Shown: positions 47,104 to 56,722, counted from the stretch's first letter. The stretch is DNA of 64,000 bases from an uncultured Verrucomicrobiae bacterium (GCA_963756875.1 CAVWPA010000001.1:448001-512000), one strand, 5' to 3'. Program-made: numbers and translations. The notes: generated from the sequence alone by a model not told the origin.

Positions 47104-49089
47104 GTGTCGGATCAAATCGACAAGCTGCTTCAACGCGCCGCCTCTGCCGGCCTCGCGGAATTAATGTCGATCTGGCGGTCGTGCGCTTCGGAGGAGGGAT
47201 CGCGTTCTCCAGAGTTGTTTCGGCGCCTGGGCGAACGCGTTCTCGCGCAGGGGGAACCGTTGCTGGCTTACGACATTGTAAGCGCTGGATTGGCAATCTG
47301 GCCGAAAGATACGCGCTTGCGAGAACTACAAGGCCTGGCCCTGGCACGCAGTGGAGCGGCAGAACGCGCGCACGCTATTCTCGAAGATTTGCGCAGGGAA
47401 GGACACGCGACCGAAGAAACGCTCGGAATGCTGGGACGCACTTACAAGGATCTGGCCGCGGCGGCCGCGCCGGACCGCCGCCAGGAGTACTTGAAACGGG
47501 CCGCCGAAACTTATGGAGAGGCCTACCGAACGACCGGCGGTTATTGGACCGGAATCAACGCCGCGACGACGAATTTGCTCGTCGGCGAAACGACCCGCGC
47601 GCGCGAGCTCGCCGGAAAGGTGCGCGATCAATGTCTGCCAGGGGTTAAAGAGCCGGGCGGCGATTTATATTGGAAGCTCGCGGCCCTTGGTGAAGTGGCC
47701 CTGATCTGCCGCGATCTGACGGAGGCGGGAGAATGGTATTCGCGCGCGGCCGGGGAGGGGAAGAACCGGTTTGGCGATCTCAACTCCAGCCGGCGCAATG
47801 CGCGGCTGATTCTGGAACATTGGAACGAGGACCCGGGTTGGATCGACAAATATCTGCGGGTTCCGAGCGTGATCGTTTTTGCAGGGCACATGATCGATCG
47901 GCCCGACAGAAAAACGCCGCGATTTCCAAAAGAACGCGAAAGCGTTGTCGCGGAAGAGATCCAACGGAGGATCGAAAAGTTGAAACCGGGCTTTGGCTTT
48001 GCGTCAGCCGCGTGCGGCTCGGATCTTTTATTTCTCGAGGCGATGCTGGACCGCGGCGCCGAAATCTCGGTGGTGCTGCCCTACAGCGAGGAAGAATTTA
48101 TTCGCGACAGCGTCGAGTTCATTCCTGATTCCAATTGGCGGGCGCGTTTCGATCGCGTTTTGACGCGAACCGCCCGCGTGGTCACGGCGTCGAATCAACG
48201 GCTTGATATCGGCGGCGTGTCCTACGAGTTCTGCAACCAAATGCTTTTGGGTCTTGCAACGATCCGCGCGCGTCAGCTCGATACGACGCTGGTGCCGATG
48301 GCGGTCTGGGACGGGATGTCCGGCGACGGTCCCGGCGGCACAGCGAGCGTGATCGAAACCTGGCAATCGTTGGGTTACGGTCCGGAGATTATCGGTCTTA
48401 AAAAAGTGGAGGGACGCGCGCCGTCGCGTCCCAAATCGAGGGCGCCGACAGCGCGGACGCCCTCCAAAGAATCTGGATTCCGCTCGCGCATCGTAGCGAT
48501 CCTTTTTGCCGACGCGGTCGGCTTCAGCAAACTGAGCGAACCGGAGGTGCCGCGGTTTGTGCAGCATTTTCTCGGTGGAATCGCGGCGTTAACCGAAAAA
48601 TTTCGCGAGAAGATCATCGCGAAAAATACCTGGGGTGACGGCCTCTATTTTGTGTTTTCCGACGTCGATTTCGCCGGCAAGTTCGCGCTCGAGCTGGCGG
48701 ATTCGATCGTCGCGACAAGATGGGAAGAGAAGGGGTTGCGCGCCGGGTTGAATCTGCGGATCGCGCTCCATGCCGGGCCGGTTTACGAATTTGACGATCC
48801 GATCACCGGGAACCGGAGCTACAGCGGCACGCACGTAAGCCGGGCGGCGCGGATCGAGCCGATCACTCCGCCGGGTCAGGTTTACGCGAGCGAAGCCTTC
48901 GCGGCCCTGGCCGCAGCCGAACACATGCACGCTTTCACCTGCGATTACGTTGGTCAGACGCCAATGGCCAAAGGCTACGGATCTTTCCCCACCTACCACG
49001 TGCGACAAAGTCCTTGGCGTCGAACATCCGAACACGCTCAGGACCCGTTACAATCTGGCCCGCACGCTGGCAGGCAAAGGCGACTATGA
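47104..49089 (+). CDS. TPR-sensor (TRAF-binding-like) + SLOG-like + class III nucleotide cyclase fusion
   Basis: ETLGMLGRTYKD/YWTGINAAT helical part; VFAGHMID, ASAACGSDLLF middle part; FADAVGFS, WGDG, RIALHAGPV, SRAARIEP, PGQVYASE cyclase part. Confidence 0.8.
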   Translation: MSDQIDKLLQRAASAGLAELMSIWRSCASEEGSRSPELFRRLGERVLAQGEPLLAYDIVSAGLAIWPKDTRLRELQGLALARSGAAERAHAILEDLRREGHATEETLGMLGRTYKDLAAAAAPDRRQEYLKRAAETYGEAYRTTGGYWTGINAATTNLLVGETTRARELAGKVRDQCLPGVKEPGGDLYWKLAALGEVALICRDLTEAGEWYSRAAGEGKNRFGDLNSSRRNARLILEHWNEDPGWIDKYLRVPSVIVFAGHMIDRPDRKTPRFPKERESVVAEEIQRRIEKLKPGFGFASAACGSDLLFLEAMLDRGAEISVVLPYSEEEFIRDSVEFIPDSNWRARFDRVLTRTARVVTASNQRLDIGGVSYEFCNQMLLGLATIRARQLDTTLVPMAVWDGMSGDGPGGTASVIETWQSLGYGPEIIGLKKVEGRAPSRPKSRAPTARTPSKESGFRSRIVAILFADAVGFSKLSEPEVPRFVQHFLGGIAALTEKFREKIIAKNTWGDGLYFVFSDVDFAGKFALELADSIVATRWEEKGLRAGLNLRIALHAGPVYEFDDPITGNRSYSGTHVSRAARIEPITPPGQVYASEAFAALAAAEHMHAFTCDYVGQTPMAKGYGSFPTYHVRQSPWRRTSEHAQDPLQSGPHAGRQRRL

Positions 49090-49363
49090 CGCTGCGGAAG
49101 CGGAATTTCGCGACGTTCTCGCGCTCGACGAAAAGGTACTCGGGCCCGAGCACCCGGACACATTGCGAACATGTTTAAGGTTTGCCGATTGCCTTGCCCG
49201 TGCCGGAAAAATCGAAGAGGCCAGCAGCTTTGCGTCGCGTGCGCTGGAAGGCATGCAAAAAGTCTTTCGCCCGGGACATCCCACCACGCGGGAAGCTGAA
49301 AAGCTCCACGAAGACTTGGAAGCGAAGCGAGCATCGGGTCGACATGCACGATCGGGCGAATGA
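49000..49363 (+). pseudogene. TPR (kinesin light chain-like) gene fragment overlapping the cyclase 3' end out of frame
   Basis: KVLGVEHPNTL, KVLGPEHPDTL, GHPTT repeats; no convincing start codon. Confidence 0.65.
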
Positions 49364-49507
49364 GTTTGGCCAGGTGGATGTGTTCCGAACGCTTTCGGGG
49401 GCGTTACTGGTAATCTGGCTTCACCGCCTCATTTATCATCGAATTCGCCACGGAGCGAATCCGTCCGCAGACGGACAAGGGACTGCTCGATCCACCTGCA
49501 ATCGAGC

Positions 49508-50491
49508 TCAAACCAGCATCGGATCGATCGGCACGAGGGGGCGGATGAGTTCGACCAGCGCGGGCACGTCTTTCGCCTTAAAAGCGCGGCCGCGTCTTTT
49601 TAACTTTGTGGTTTCCAACTCGCTGACCCGAACAATTTTTGCGTGCTTCCAAGTCCAGGCGTCGGGGTTGTAGGGGCCGACGCGGCGGGGATCGGTCCAG
49701 GTGTGGATCGATAACAGCCGATCGTTGACCGCCGCGGCGATGTGCATCGGGCCGCTATCGACGCTAATGACAAAACGCGCCACCCGGATTAGGCGGATCA
49801 ATTGCAAAAGCGATGTCTGGTTTGTGAGCTCGACGCAGTTGTCAGCGACGTCCAGTTTGCGCTTCGATTGGCCGACGACAACGACCCGTGTCGGTGCGAA
49901 AGCGCGGCAGATCTCCTGGATCACTTTGTTCGACAGCGATTTGCCGTCGCCGCGCGCGAACGGATGTAACAGGATAAATGGGGGATACTCATCGAAACGG
50001 GGCAGGGCGTCGCCGGTTGGAAGCGGACACCGCAAAGCGTCGCCAATTTTCGCTCCCGCAAGTTCCGCGAGTTTGAGATAGCGTTCGACCGCGTGTTCGC
50101 GGCGATTGACTTTCGCGGTGCGACTGTAAAGGAGACGCGATCCTTCGCGAGCGTCGCTCATTCCGAAAACCTCCTTTGCGCCGCTGATTCTTGCGATCAA
50201 TCCGCTGCGTAGAAGGCCTTGAAAATCGAGCGCAAGATCGGGACGGATCTCCCGTGTCTTTTTTATCCACGGCCACAGGCTGCGCGGCGCGCCGAGACCG
50301 CGGAATTCACCGCGCGGGAAAATGTGAATATGATCGACATCGGGATTTCCGCGCAGGAGCGGTATGAATTCGGGATTAATGACCCATGTAATTCTGGCGC
50401 GTGGGTGTGCATCGCGAACCGCCGCCACCGCGGGCAGGGTATGGACGATGTCGCCGAGGGAGCTCGGTTTGATGATGAGAATGGAGTTCAC
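49508..50491 (-). CDS. Glycosyltransferase family 9 (LPS heptosyltransferase-like)
   Basis: IKPSSLGDIVH, LDFQGLLRS, HAVERY, SVDSGPMHIAAA. Confidence 0.92.
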   Translation of the reverse strand: MNSILIIKPSSLGDIVHTLPAVAAVRDAHPRARITWVINPEFIPLLRGNPDVDHIHIFPRGEFRGLGAPRSLWPWIKKTREIRPDLALDFQGLLRSGLIARISGAKEVFGMSDAREGSRLLYSRTAKVNRREHAVERYLKLAELAGAKIGDALRCPLPTGDALPRFDEYPPFILLHPFARGDGKSLSNKVIQEICRAFAPTRVVVVGQSKRKLDVADNCVELTNQTSLLQLIRLIRVARFVISVDSGPMHIAAAVNDRLLSIHTWTDPRRVGPYNPDAWTWKHAKIVRVSELETTKLKRRGRAFKAKDVPALVELIRPLVPIDPMLV

Positions 50492-50493
50492 CG

Positions 50494-50594
50494 GAAAGTA
50501 GAAAGTAGAAGTTAGAAAGTAGAAAAGCGGAAGCCAGAAGCGGAAATCAAACCTTAAATCCGTTTTCCAATTTCTATTTTAGAATTTCTACTTT
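50494..50594. repeat. Empty inverted heptamer cassette (AAAGTAG / CTACTTT)
   Basis: gaaagtagaaagtagaagttagaaagtagaaa ... tttctattttagaatttctacttt. Confidence 0.7.
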
Positions 50595-50598
50595 TGTC

Positions 50599-51321
50599 TC
50601 ATCTTCCGATCGCAAGCCGCTCCGCGAGCAACGGTGGCAATCCCGCTTTGACGATTTTCTTTTGCGCCGTGGCCAGGTCGTATTTCACCCGCCGCTGTTC
50701 GACCACGTTGCTGTCGATGTGATAAATGCAATAGGCGGCGTGCCAGTCGCCATCGCGCGGCTGGCCGACGCTGCCGGTGTTGATAAAGTATTTCTTGCTC
50801 GGCTCGATCCGGAGCCGCTCGATCTTTATTCGCTTTACGCCGTCGTCCCGGACAAACGCCATCGGCACGTGCGTATGGCCGAAAAAACAAACGGTGGTGT
50901 GCTGATAGGTGAAACTGGCAGCGGCATCGAGATTATTGAAGACGTATCCCCATTGCTCCGGTGTATCGAGGGTAGCGTGGACGATTGTGAAATCGCGCAC
51001 CTGCCGTTGCAAACGCAGTTCGCGCAGCCATTTCTTGTCCTCTTCTGTCAAATTATCGCGCGTCCATTCGATCGCCTGTTCGGCCATTTCGTTGAAATCG
51101 CGCGACGACTCAACCAGCGACGCCTGCTCGTCGTGGTTGCCTTTCACGATTGGGCAATCCATTTCGCGGACGCGCTCGGCGCACTCGTGCGGATTGGCGT
51201 TGTAACCGACCACATCGCCAAGACAAACAAAGTGGGTGCATTTTTGCTCCCGCGCGTCTGCCAGCACGGCGTCAAGCGCCTCGAGATTGGAATGAATGTC
51301 ACTAAAAACCGCGAATCGCAT
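50599..51321 (-). CDS. Metallophosphoesterase
   Basis: SDIHSN, GDVVGY, GNHD, GHTH, NTGSVGQPRD. Confidence 0.93.
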   Translation of the reverse strand: MRFAVFSDIHSNLEALDAVLADAREQKCTHFVCLGDVVGYNANPHECAERVREMDCPIVKGNHDEQASLVESSRDFNEMAEQAIEWTRDNLTEEDKKWLRELRLQRQVRDFTIVHATLDTPEQWGYVFNNLDAAASFTYQHTTVCFFGHTHVPMAFVRDDGVKRIKIERLRIEPSKKYFINTGSVGQPRDGDWHAAYCIYHIDSNVVEQRRVKYDLATAQKKIVKAGLPPLLAERLAIGR

Positions 51322-51328
51322 GGCTTAA

Positions 51329-51428
51329 GAGTTAAAACAGTTACAAAAGTTACAAAGTTAAAACGAAATAGGAGGCACGCTTCAACCTTTAAACAATGTA
51401 ACGCTTGTAACGATGTAACTCTTTTAAC
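51329..51428. repeat. Empty inverted cassette (GTTACA/GTTAAA ~8-9-mer units)
   Basis: gttaaaacagttacaaaagttacaaagttaaaacg ... tttaaacaatgtaacgcttgtaacgatgtaact; lone arm of the same type at 41570-41602. Confidence 0.7.
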
Positions 51429-52212
51429 GTCCGCTGTCGCGAATGCGTTGCCCTTGGGGGATGTCCAGTTTCTGTTCGAGAAACTTCAGCCGTTTGATCA
51501 AGGTGGGCAGCCGCTCCTTTTCGCCCATTTCGTAAAGTTGATGCAACCGTTCATACGCCTCGCGCTCGTGGCCTGGACAATAAGAGAGCTCATAAGCGGC
51601 AAATCTTTTGTCGTAACTGGGCGCGCCCGGTAATGCCGCTGCTTTGGCATAATATTCCGAAGCCCGTTCGGGGTCCTTGTATTTCTGTTGGTACAGCCGG
51701 GCAAGCGACTCATAAAGCTGCGGCTTGTCCGGGTTGTTTTTGATTCCGCGTTCCAGAAAATCCTTTGCCATGGCAAAGGATTGGCGCTGCGCTTTGATTC
51801 GCAAAGCAAGGCGCGGTTGCGTCGGATCGTTCAATGCGGCGACGCTTGCGTTCCATCCCATGTGCCAGGCAGCCATGTCCCAAAAGAGGACTGAGCGCGG
51901 TTGCAACGTTGTGACCTGGCGGAACAAGAGAAGAACGCGGCCCCATTCCGTTCGTTCCCACGCCACGTGCGCTTCGATGAAGAGAGCGTCGGCGACGATT
52001 GCCCGGAATCCGCTCAACGCCGCGACGAAACTGAGCTGCCCGATTTGTTCGCGCAAACTGAGATTTAATTCGACTTTGCGGAAATGGAGTTGCTGCCGTT
52101 GCCGGAAGAGCGCGCGCTCGGCCGGGAGTTTGATCGCTCCGAAGAGAAAGATCGCCCCGACCACAAGCACCAGTTTTCGGAGGGCCACGGTCTGGAAGGC
52201 AAGGCGCATCAT
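51424..52212 (-). CDS. Hypothetical membrane-anchored helical (TPR-like) protein
   Basis: N-terminal TM, FLERGIKNNP...LYESLARLY; translationally coupled to the ABC permease. Confidence 0.75.
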   Translation of the reverse strand: MMRLAFQTVALRKLVLVVGAIFLFGAIKLPAERALFRQRQQLHFRKVELNLSLREQIGQLSFVAALSGFRAIVADALFIEAHVAWERTEWGRVLLLFRQVTTLQPRSVLFWDMAAWHMGWNASVAALNDPTQPRLALRIKAQRQSFAMAKDFLERGIKNNPDKPQLYESLARLYQQKYKDPERASEYYAKAAALPGAPSYDKRFAAYELSYCPGHEREAYERLHQLYEMGEKERLPTLIKRLKFLEQKLDIPQGQRIRDSGR

Positions 52213-53096
52213 AGCTCTTTGCCGTAGAAGGCGAACGCTGCCAGCGACGTATAAAACGCGATGTAAAATACTCCAAGCGCCGCCGTTTTCACGAACAGGA
52301 CCGAAGGAATCGCTGTGCCCGCAACGATATCGTCGACGAGGTTAAACGCCTGCAGGTCTGGGAAAGCCAGCGCAACGATTGCCAGAAAGAAGCGTGCGAT
52401 CCAGCCGGCGGCTTTTTCCTGCAACCAATACTCGCGAGCCGTCGCCTCCAGGTGGCCGATGAAGTAAATACAAAACATGACCATCACGGTGAAAATATTC
52501 GTGCTCGCGAAAGTGGAAATGAAAAGGGTGAGGGCGGCGAGCAAACACGCTTTCAGGTAAATGATGGTGATGCCCGGGAACAGGTCGATGGTGATGGCGG
52601 ACGAGCGCACCGCGCGCAATGCCTCCTCGAGTTGCGCGCGCGGAGCATGCGCGAACTGACGCGCTGTTTCGCCCAGCACCGTTTGCTCGCGCATATAAAG
52701 AACGGCAATAAACATGGCGCTCATGAGCAGGATGCTGATCCCAAGCAGCAGGAGCACGCCGGCAAGTTTCCCGAGCAGATACTCAAATCGCGGCACCGGC
52801 TTGGCGAGAATCGTGTAGATGGTCCGGTCCTCGATGTCTTGTGGAATCAGGCGCGCTGTCCCGAGAATCGCCAGCAGCGAGGTAAAGATCGACATGGCCC
52901 CAAGCGAAATATCTTTGAGGATCTGAAACTCCTGCTGAAAGCTGAAGCGCGCCATGAACACAGAACTGCCGATCAGGAGCAGGGCGAAAATGAGCAGGAA
53001 GTAGAAAACCCTCTGCCGCGTTAGCTCAGTCAGTGTGTTGGACGTGATGGCGCTGATCCGCGCCGGCGAAAAAGCACGATGCTGTTGTGCAGTCAT
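52209..53096 (-). CDS. ABC-2 type transporter permease
   Basis: DIEDRTIYTILAKPVPR.EYLLGK, several TM segments. Confidence 0.88.
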   Translation of the reverse strand: MTAQQHRAFSPARISAITSNTLTELTRQRVFYFLLIFALLLIGSSVFMARFSFQQEFQILKDISLGAMSIFTSLLAILGTARLIPQDIEDRTIYTILAKPVPRFEYLLGKLAGVLLLLGISILLMSAMFIAVLYMREQTVLGETARQFAHAPRAQLEEALRAVRSSAITIDLFPGITIIYLKACLLAALTLFISTFASTNIFTVMVMFCIYFIGHLEATAREYWLQEKAAGWIARFFLAIVALAFPDLQAFNLVDDIVAGTAIPSVLFVKTAALGVFYIAFYTSLAAFAFYGKEL

Positions 53097-53101
53097 AGAC
53101 T

Positions 53102-53270
53102 GAATGACGAATGACGAATGACGAATGACGAAGGAACTCCGAATGACAAAAACAGAACTCGCGCATGATACGTGGTGCAGTAGTTCGTCATTCGCCTGCC
53201 GCGCCGAAGCTGAGCGAAGGAGGGAGCTTCCTCATTCATTCGTCATTTGTCCTTTTGAGCTCCGTCATTC
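53102..53270. repeat. Empty inverted heptamer cassette (GAATGAC / GTCATTC)
   Basis: (gaatgac)x4 ... ttcgtcattcg ... cattcgtcatttgtccttttgagctccgtcattc; the ABC ATPase C-terminus runs into the arm. Confidence 0.78.
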
Positions 53271-54106
53271 CCCGTCGCTTCCAGAAACAGGCGTTCCAGT
53301 GTGGTGGTCGATCTTCTTCGCTCGATCAATTTTGCGTTGGATCTGGAGGCGAGCTTTTCGATTTCACTCACCAGTGCGTCCGAAGCATTTTCAAGGATTA
53401 GTTCTGTTCGTTGTTCGATCGCGATCAATTCATCTAGACGGCCCTCCCGGACGAGAGCGCCATTCGCCAGGATGCCGACCCGGTCGCATACTTCCTGGAC
53501 CTGCGCGAGTAAATGCGACGAGAGCAGCACTGTGATTCCGCGTTGTTTTAAATCGATAATCAAATTTCGAATCCGATGCGATCCCGCCGGATCGACACCT
53601 GCGGTCGGTTCGTCCAACACGATCACTTTGGGCTCGTTAATCAACGTCTGGGCGAGCCCGATCCTTTGCAGCATTCCCTTGGAATAAGTGCCGAGCCTGC
53701 GGCTGCGAGCATTCGTTAGGCCGACCAGATCGAGCAACTCGTCGATTCTTTTTTGCAGGCGCCGGCCGCGCCATCCGCAGAGCTTTCCAAAAAAGCGGAG
53801 CGTCTCTTCACCGCTGAGAAACTTATAAAAATAGGGGTTCTCGGGTAAAAAGCCGACCGCCTCACGGCTCTCCACCAGTCGGCTGTCGCAGCCGAAAATT
53901 TCCGTGCTGCCGCGCGTCGGATAAACGAGGCCCAGGATGATTTTGAGGGTCGTGCTTTTTCCAGAGCCGTTCGGGCCGAGTAATCCGTAAATTTCGCCGG
54001 CCTCGACGCGCAGATCGAGGTCGCGGACGGCTGTAATCGGTTCTCGATGAAACGGGACCGGGAAGACCTTGGTCAACTTGTGGACCGCAATCGCAGCTTC
54101 AGTCAT
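53243..54106 (-). CDS. ABC transporter ATP-binding protein
   Basis: GPNGSGKST, YSKGMLQR, LDEPT, SSH. Confidence 0.95.
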   Translation of the reverse strand: MTEAAIAVHKLTKVFPVPFHREPITAVRDLDLRVEAGEIYGLLGPNGSGKSTTLKIILGLVYPTRGSTEIFGCDSRLVESREAVGFLPENPYFYKFLSGEETLRFFGKLCGWRGRRLQKRIDELLDLVGLTNARSRRLGTYSKGMLQRIGLAQTLINEPKVIVLDEPTAGVDPAGSHRIRNLIIDLKQRGITVLLSSHLLAQVQEVCDRVGILANGALVREGRLDELIAIEQRTELILENASDALVSEIEKLASRSNAKLIERRRSTTTLERLFLEATGNDGAQKDK

Positions 54107-54374
54107 GGCGAATCTCGAATCCTTGCGCCGCCATCGGTTCCGGCAATTTCGATTCGGTCTGTTTGCGAATGTAGGCGCGCAACTCGCTTTGCCCGATCGC
54201 CTCCAGAAATGCGCGCACTTCCTCCTCTTCGCCGCTTATTTGCATTTCAACGCGACCATCGATCAAATTCCGCACCCAACCGGTGACGTCGAAACCCTTG
54301 GCGATGTGTCGCACCGACCACCGGAAGCCGACGCCTTGGACGCGGCCCTCGTAAAGTACCTGGAACGAGATCAT
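54099..54374 (-). CDS. acyP: Acylphosphatase
   Basis: GRVQGVGFR, GWVRN..DGRVE. Confidence 0.93.
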   Translation of the reverse strand: MISFQVLYEGRVQGVGFRWSVRHIAKGFDVTGWVRNLIDGRVEMQISGEEEEVRAFLEAIGQSELRAYIRKQTESKLPEPMAAQGFEIRHD

Positions 54375-54714
54375 GCAAATTATGGCAACGAAAGCGTTCC
54401 GTGGGCGGGCGATAAATGCAAGCCGGAGAGTGGCTGCTCTCTCTTCCGTTGATATTAGCAGGTCGACAAGATGACCGACGGGCCGTTTGGAAACAACCGC
54501 CGTGGAAAAATCGTCTGAAGCTCTTCGTGCCATCGTCTGTCACCGGATTTTGTGGATCAGACCGTTAACTGACGCACGGTGTTATCTGTAGCGGCGGTCT
54601 GCGACCGTCGCTCGAATTCATCTGCAGCATGATATTTGCGACGGTCATCCGCCTTCGCTCGGCTACGGCGCGACAGGTAGACCGCCGCTACAGCTGGTGC
54701 GTCGATCAGCCTGA

Positions 54715-55173
54715 CTAATTACCCAGCGGCAGCGGAACCGGAATCGGTGTCGGCTCGATCGTTGGATCTGAAACCGGCGCTGGTGACGTTCCTGATCCCG
54801 AATCGATATCACCAAGCGCCGACGGCGCTGGCCGCGACGCTTCCGAAGATGCAGTTTTGGCGCTGGCGAGCAATCGTGCCGGCGCGGGCTGAATGTCGTT
54901 GGCTGCGACGTAGCCTTCTTCTCCCGTCTCCAATCTTACCTTGCACAAGCTCCATGAAGCGCGGGTCAGCGTCATGAGGGTGTCTTTTGGCAAAACTCTG
55001 TTTGGGCCGCTGGCTTGCCGCGGTCCGTAGTAATAAAACGCGGTCGAATCCGTCGCTACCGCATACGATTTCGCGCTGTTCTCCGCGCTGAGGGAACTCA
55101 GGGCCGAGCACCCGCACAAAATCGATGCCGTGGCGACCGATGACAGGATGACCAAAATCATTCTCGCTTGCAC
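54715..55173 (-). CDS. Putative lipoprotein with SH3-like domain and Pro-rich tail
   Basis: ILCGC lipobox, KVRLETGEEGYV. Confidence 0.65.
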   Translation of the reverse strand: MQARMILVILSSVATASILCGCSALSSLSAENSAKSYAVATDSTAFYYYGPRQASGPNRVLPKDTLMTLTRASWSLCKVRLETGEEGYVAANDIQPAPARLLASAKTASSEASRPAPSALGDIDSGSGTSPAPVSDPTIEPTPIPVPLPLGN

Positions 55174-55209
55174 CCAGGCGAGTAAAGCTTAAGCCGTTCC
55201 AGGGTGCGT

Positions 55210-55728
55210 TTACTTGTACGAATAAACGAAGCAAACGCTGCTCTCGTCGCCTTCGCTCAGCGAAACCCGGATGTAATACTGCCCGCTGTTGGCGGGTGAA
55301 AATCCGGCTGCGGCTTTTTGGTCCGCATTGTAACTCTCGGTCTGGACACGTTTCCCAGTCTCGTCGTAAACATCGACCGCGAGTTTTTTCGCCGTGGGGG
55401 TGGCGCCTACCGAAAACCAATATTGATTGCCCGCGTATAGATTCACGGCGATGAGGGCATGTTCGTGCGGTTTGATGACGCCGCACCAGTGGCCGTCCCG
55501 GGTTTTGAAACCGTCGTTTGAAAACGCGCCCGCAAGATCGAGCGCCACTTTGCGTGCCTCGACTTCCTGGTCTGTTTCGGCGGCCCTCACAAGCATCGGA
55601 GCGGCGATTACGAACAGCATCGACGATAACGAAATCAACGCCGGCATCGATCTGCCCCGGACAATCTGCACTGCGGAGCGGGAAAAGGTTGACCAGACGG
55701 AAGGCGAACTAGTCCGGCGCCGTTTCAT
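55210..55728 (-). CDS. Hypothetical exported protein
   Basis: Hydrophobic leader and beta-rich domain; overlaps the upstream gene's stop by 4 nt. Confidence 0.7.
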   Translation of the reverse strand: MKRRRTSSPSVWSTFSRSAVQIVRGRSMPALISLSSMLFVIAAPMLVRAAETDQEVEARKVALDLAGAFSNDGFKTRDGHWCGVIKPHEHALIAVNLYAGNQYWFSVGATPTAKKLAVDVYDETGKRVQTESYNADQKAAAGFSPANSGQYYIRVSLSEGDESSVCFVYSYK

Positions 55729-56543
55729 TTCTTTGCGTCCGTCTTGCTTTGGATCTCGTCCATCATTTTGCCGACTGCTTGATTGACTTTGCGCACGTCA
55801 TCAGCGCTCGGCGCCTTGCCCGGAGGCAGCGAGACGAGTTTCTCGACCCCATTCAACTGTTCGCTCACTTCTTTCACCAGCGGCTGGCTTTGCACTTCGG
55901 GCGAAATGTCGGTCATCTTTGAATGGATGTAGGCGACCAGCGCCGGTTGTCTCAACACCTTCGCGCTTCGCTCGTCGTAATTTTGCATGATCGACGCGCT
56001 CACCACTTGCGTGCCGCGAATCCATCCGCCCACGCTCACCAGAATGATCAGGTCCTGGTCCTGGTGCGATTTCATCGACGACTTCACCTCGTTCTGGGTG
56101 GCTTCGAGTTCTTCCTGAAGCGCGTCCCAATCGTTGTCTTCCGCGAATTCGTTGATGCTCTTGCCGCGACTCAGAACGTTCTCGCTCACGCCCAGGGCCT
56201 TGGCGAGCTTGATGACATCGCCGCCGATATTTTTAACTTGCTGGCTGTCCTGCGCTTCGACTGCGATGAAGCCATCGGCGATCAGCCCGCCCAGGTTGAG
56301 CGCGATCTGGGCGCGATTGCTGTAGGTCATGGAGATGGGACCGCGATATTGGCTGGTCCAGTTTGGCTTGCCCGGTTTCTCAAGCGCCGCGAAAAGTTCG
56401 CCCGGAGTCGGGATCGTGATCGAATCGCTACGGATCGCGTCGGTCAGTTGATGTGTTGTTAATTTTGGCGACTCGGCACCGGGCGCCGTTGCGAGCAACG
56501 CGAGCAATAGAATCGGAAAGGCGACACGGCCCCAAGCAAACAT
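55725..56543 (-). CDS. Hypothetical exported helical protein
   Basis: Signal peptide, IPTPGELF, ALNLG, GGWIRG. Confidence 0.75.
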   Translation of the reverse strand: MFAWGRVAFPILLLALLATAPGAESPKLTTHQLTDAIRSDSITIPTPGELFAALEKPGKPNWTSQYRGPISMTYSNRAQIALNLGGLIADGFIAVEAQDSQQVKNIGGDVIKLAKALGVSENVLSRGKSINEFAEDNDWDALQEELEATQNEVKSSMKSHQDQDLIILVSVGGWIRGTQVVSASIMQNYDERSAKVLRQPALVAYIHSKMTDISPEVQSQPLVKEVSEQLNGVEKLVSLPPGKAPSADDVRKVNQAVGKMMDEIQSKTDAKK

Positions 56544-56722
56544 AGGCGCAAAATTAACCTGCCCGGAAAACTATGCCAGCGGGAATCATCGGCCAAGCTA
56601 ATAATAATTTACGGGAAAATCGATAATTTCTATCTTGACCTGGCGGGTGGAAATTTGGTAACGACTATCTAATGGCGCCCCAGGGGCGTGGCTGCAACCG
56701 CAAGTCATGGTATTCTTCCGCC

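Noticed and set aside
54380..54586. Possible tRNA or ncRNA in the intergenic gap
   Set aside because: No cloverleaf, T-loop consensus or convincing stem recognised.
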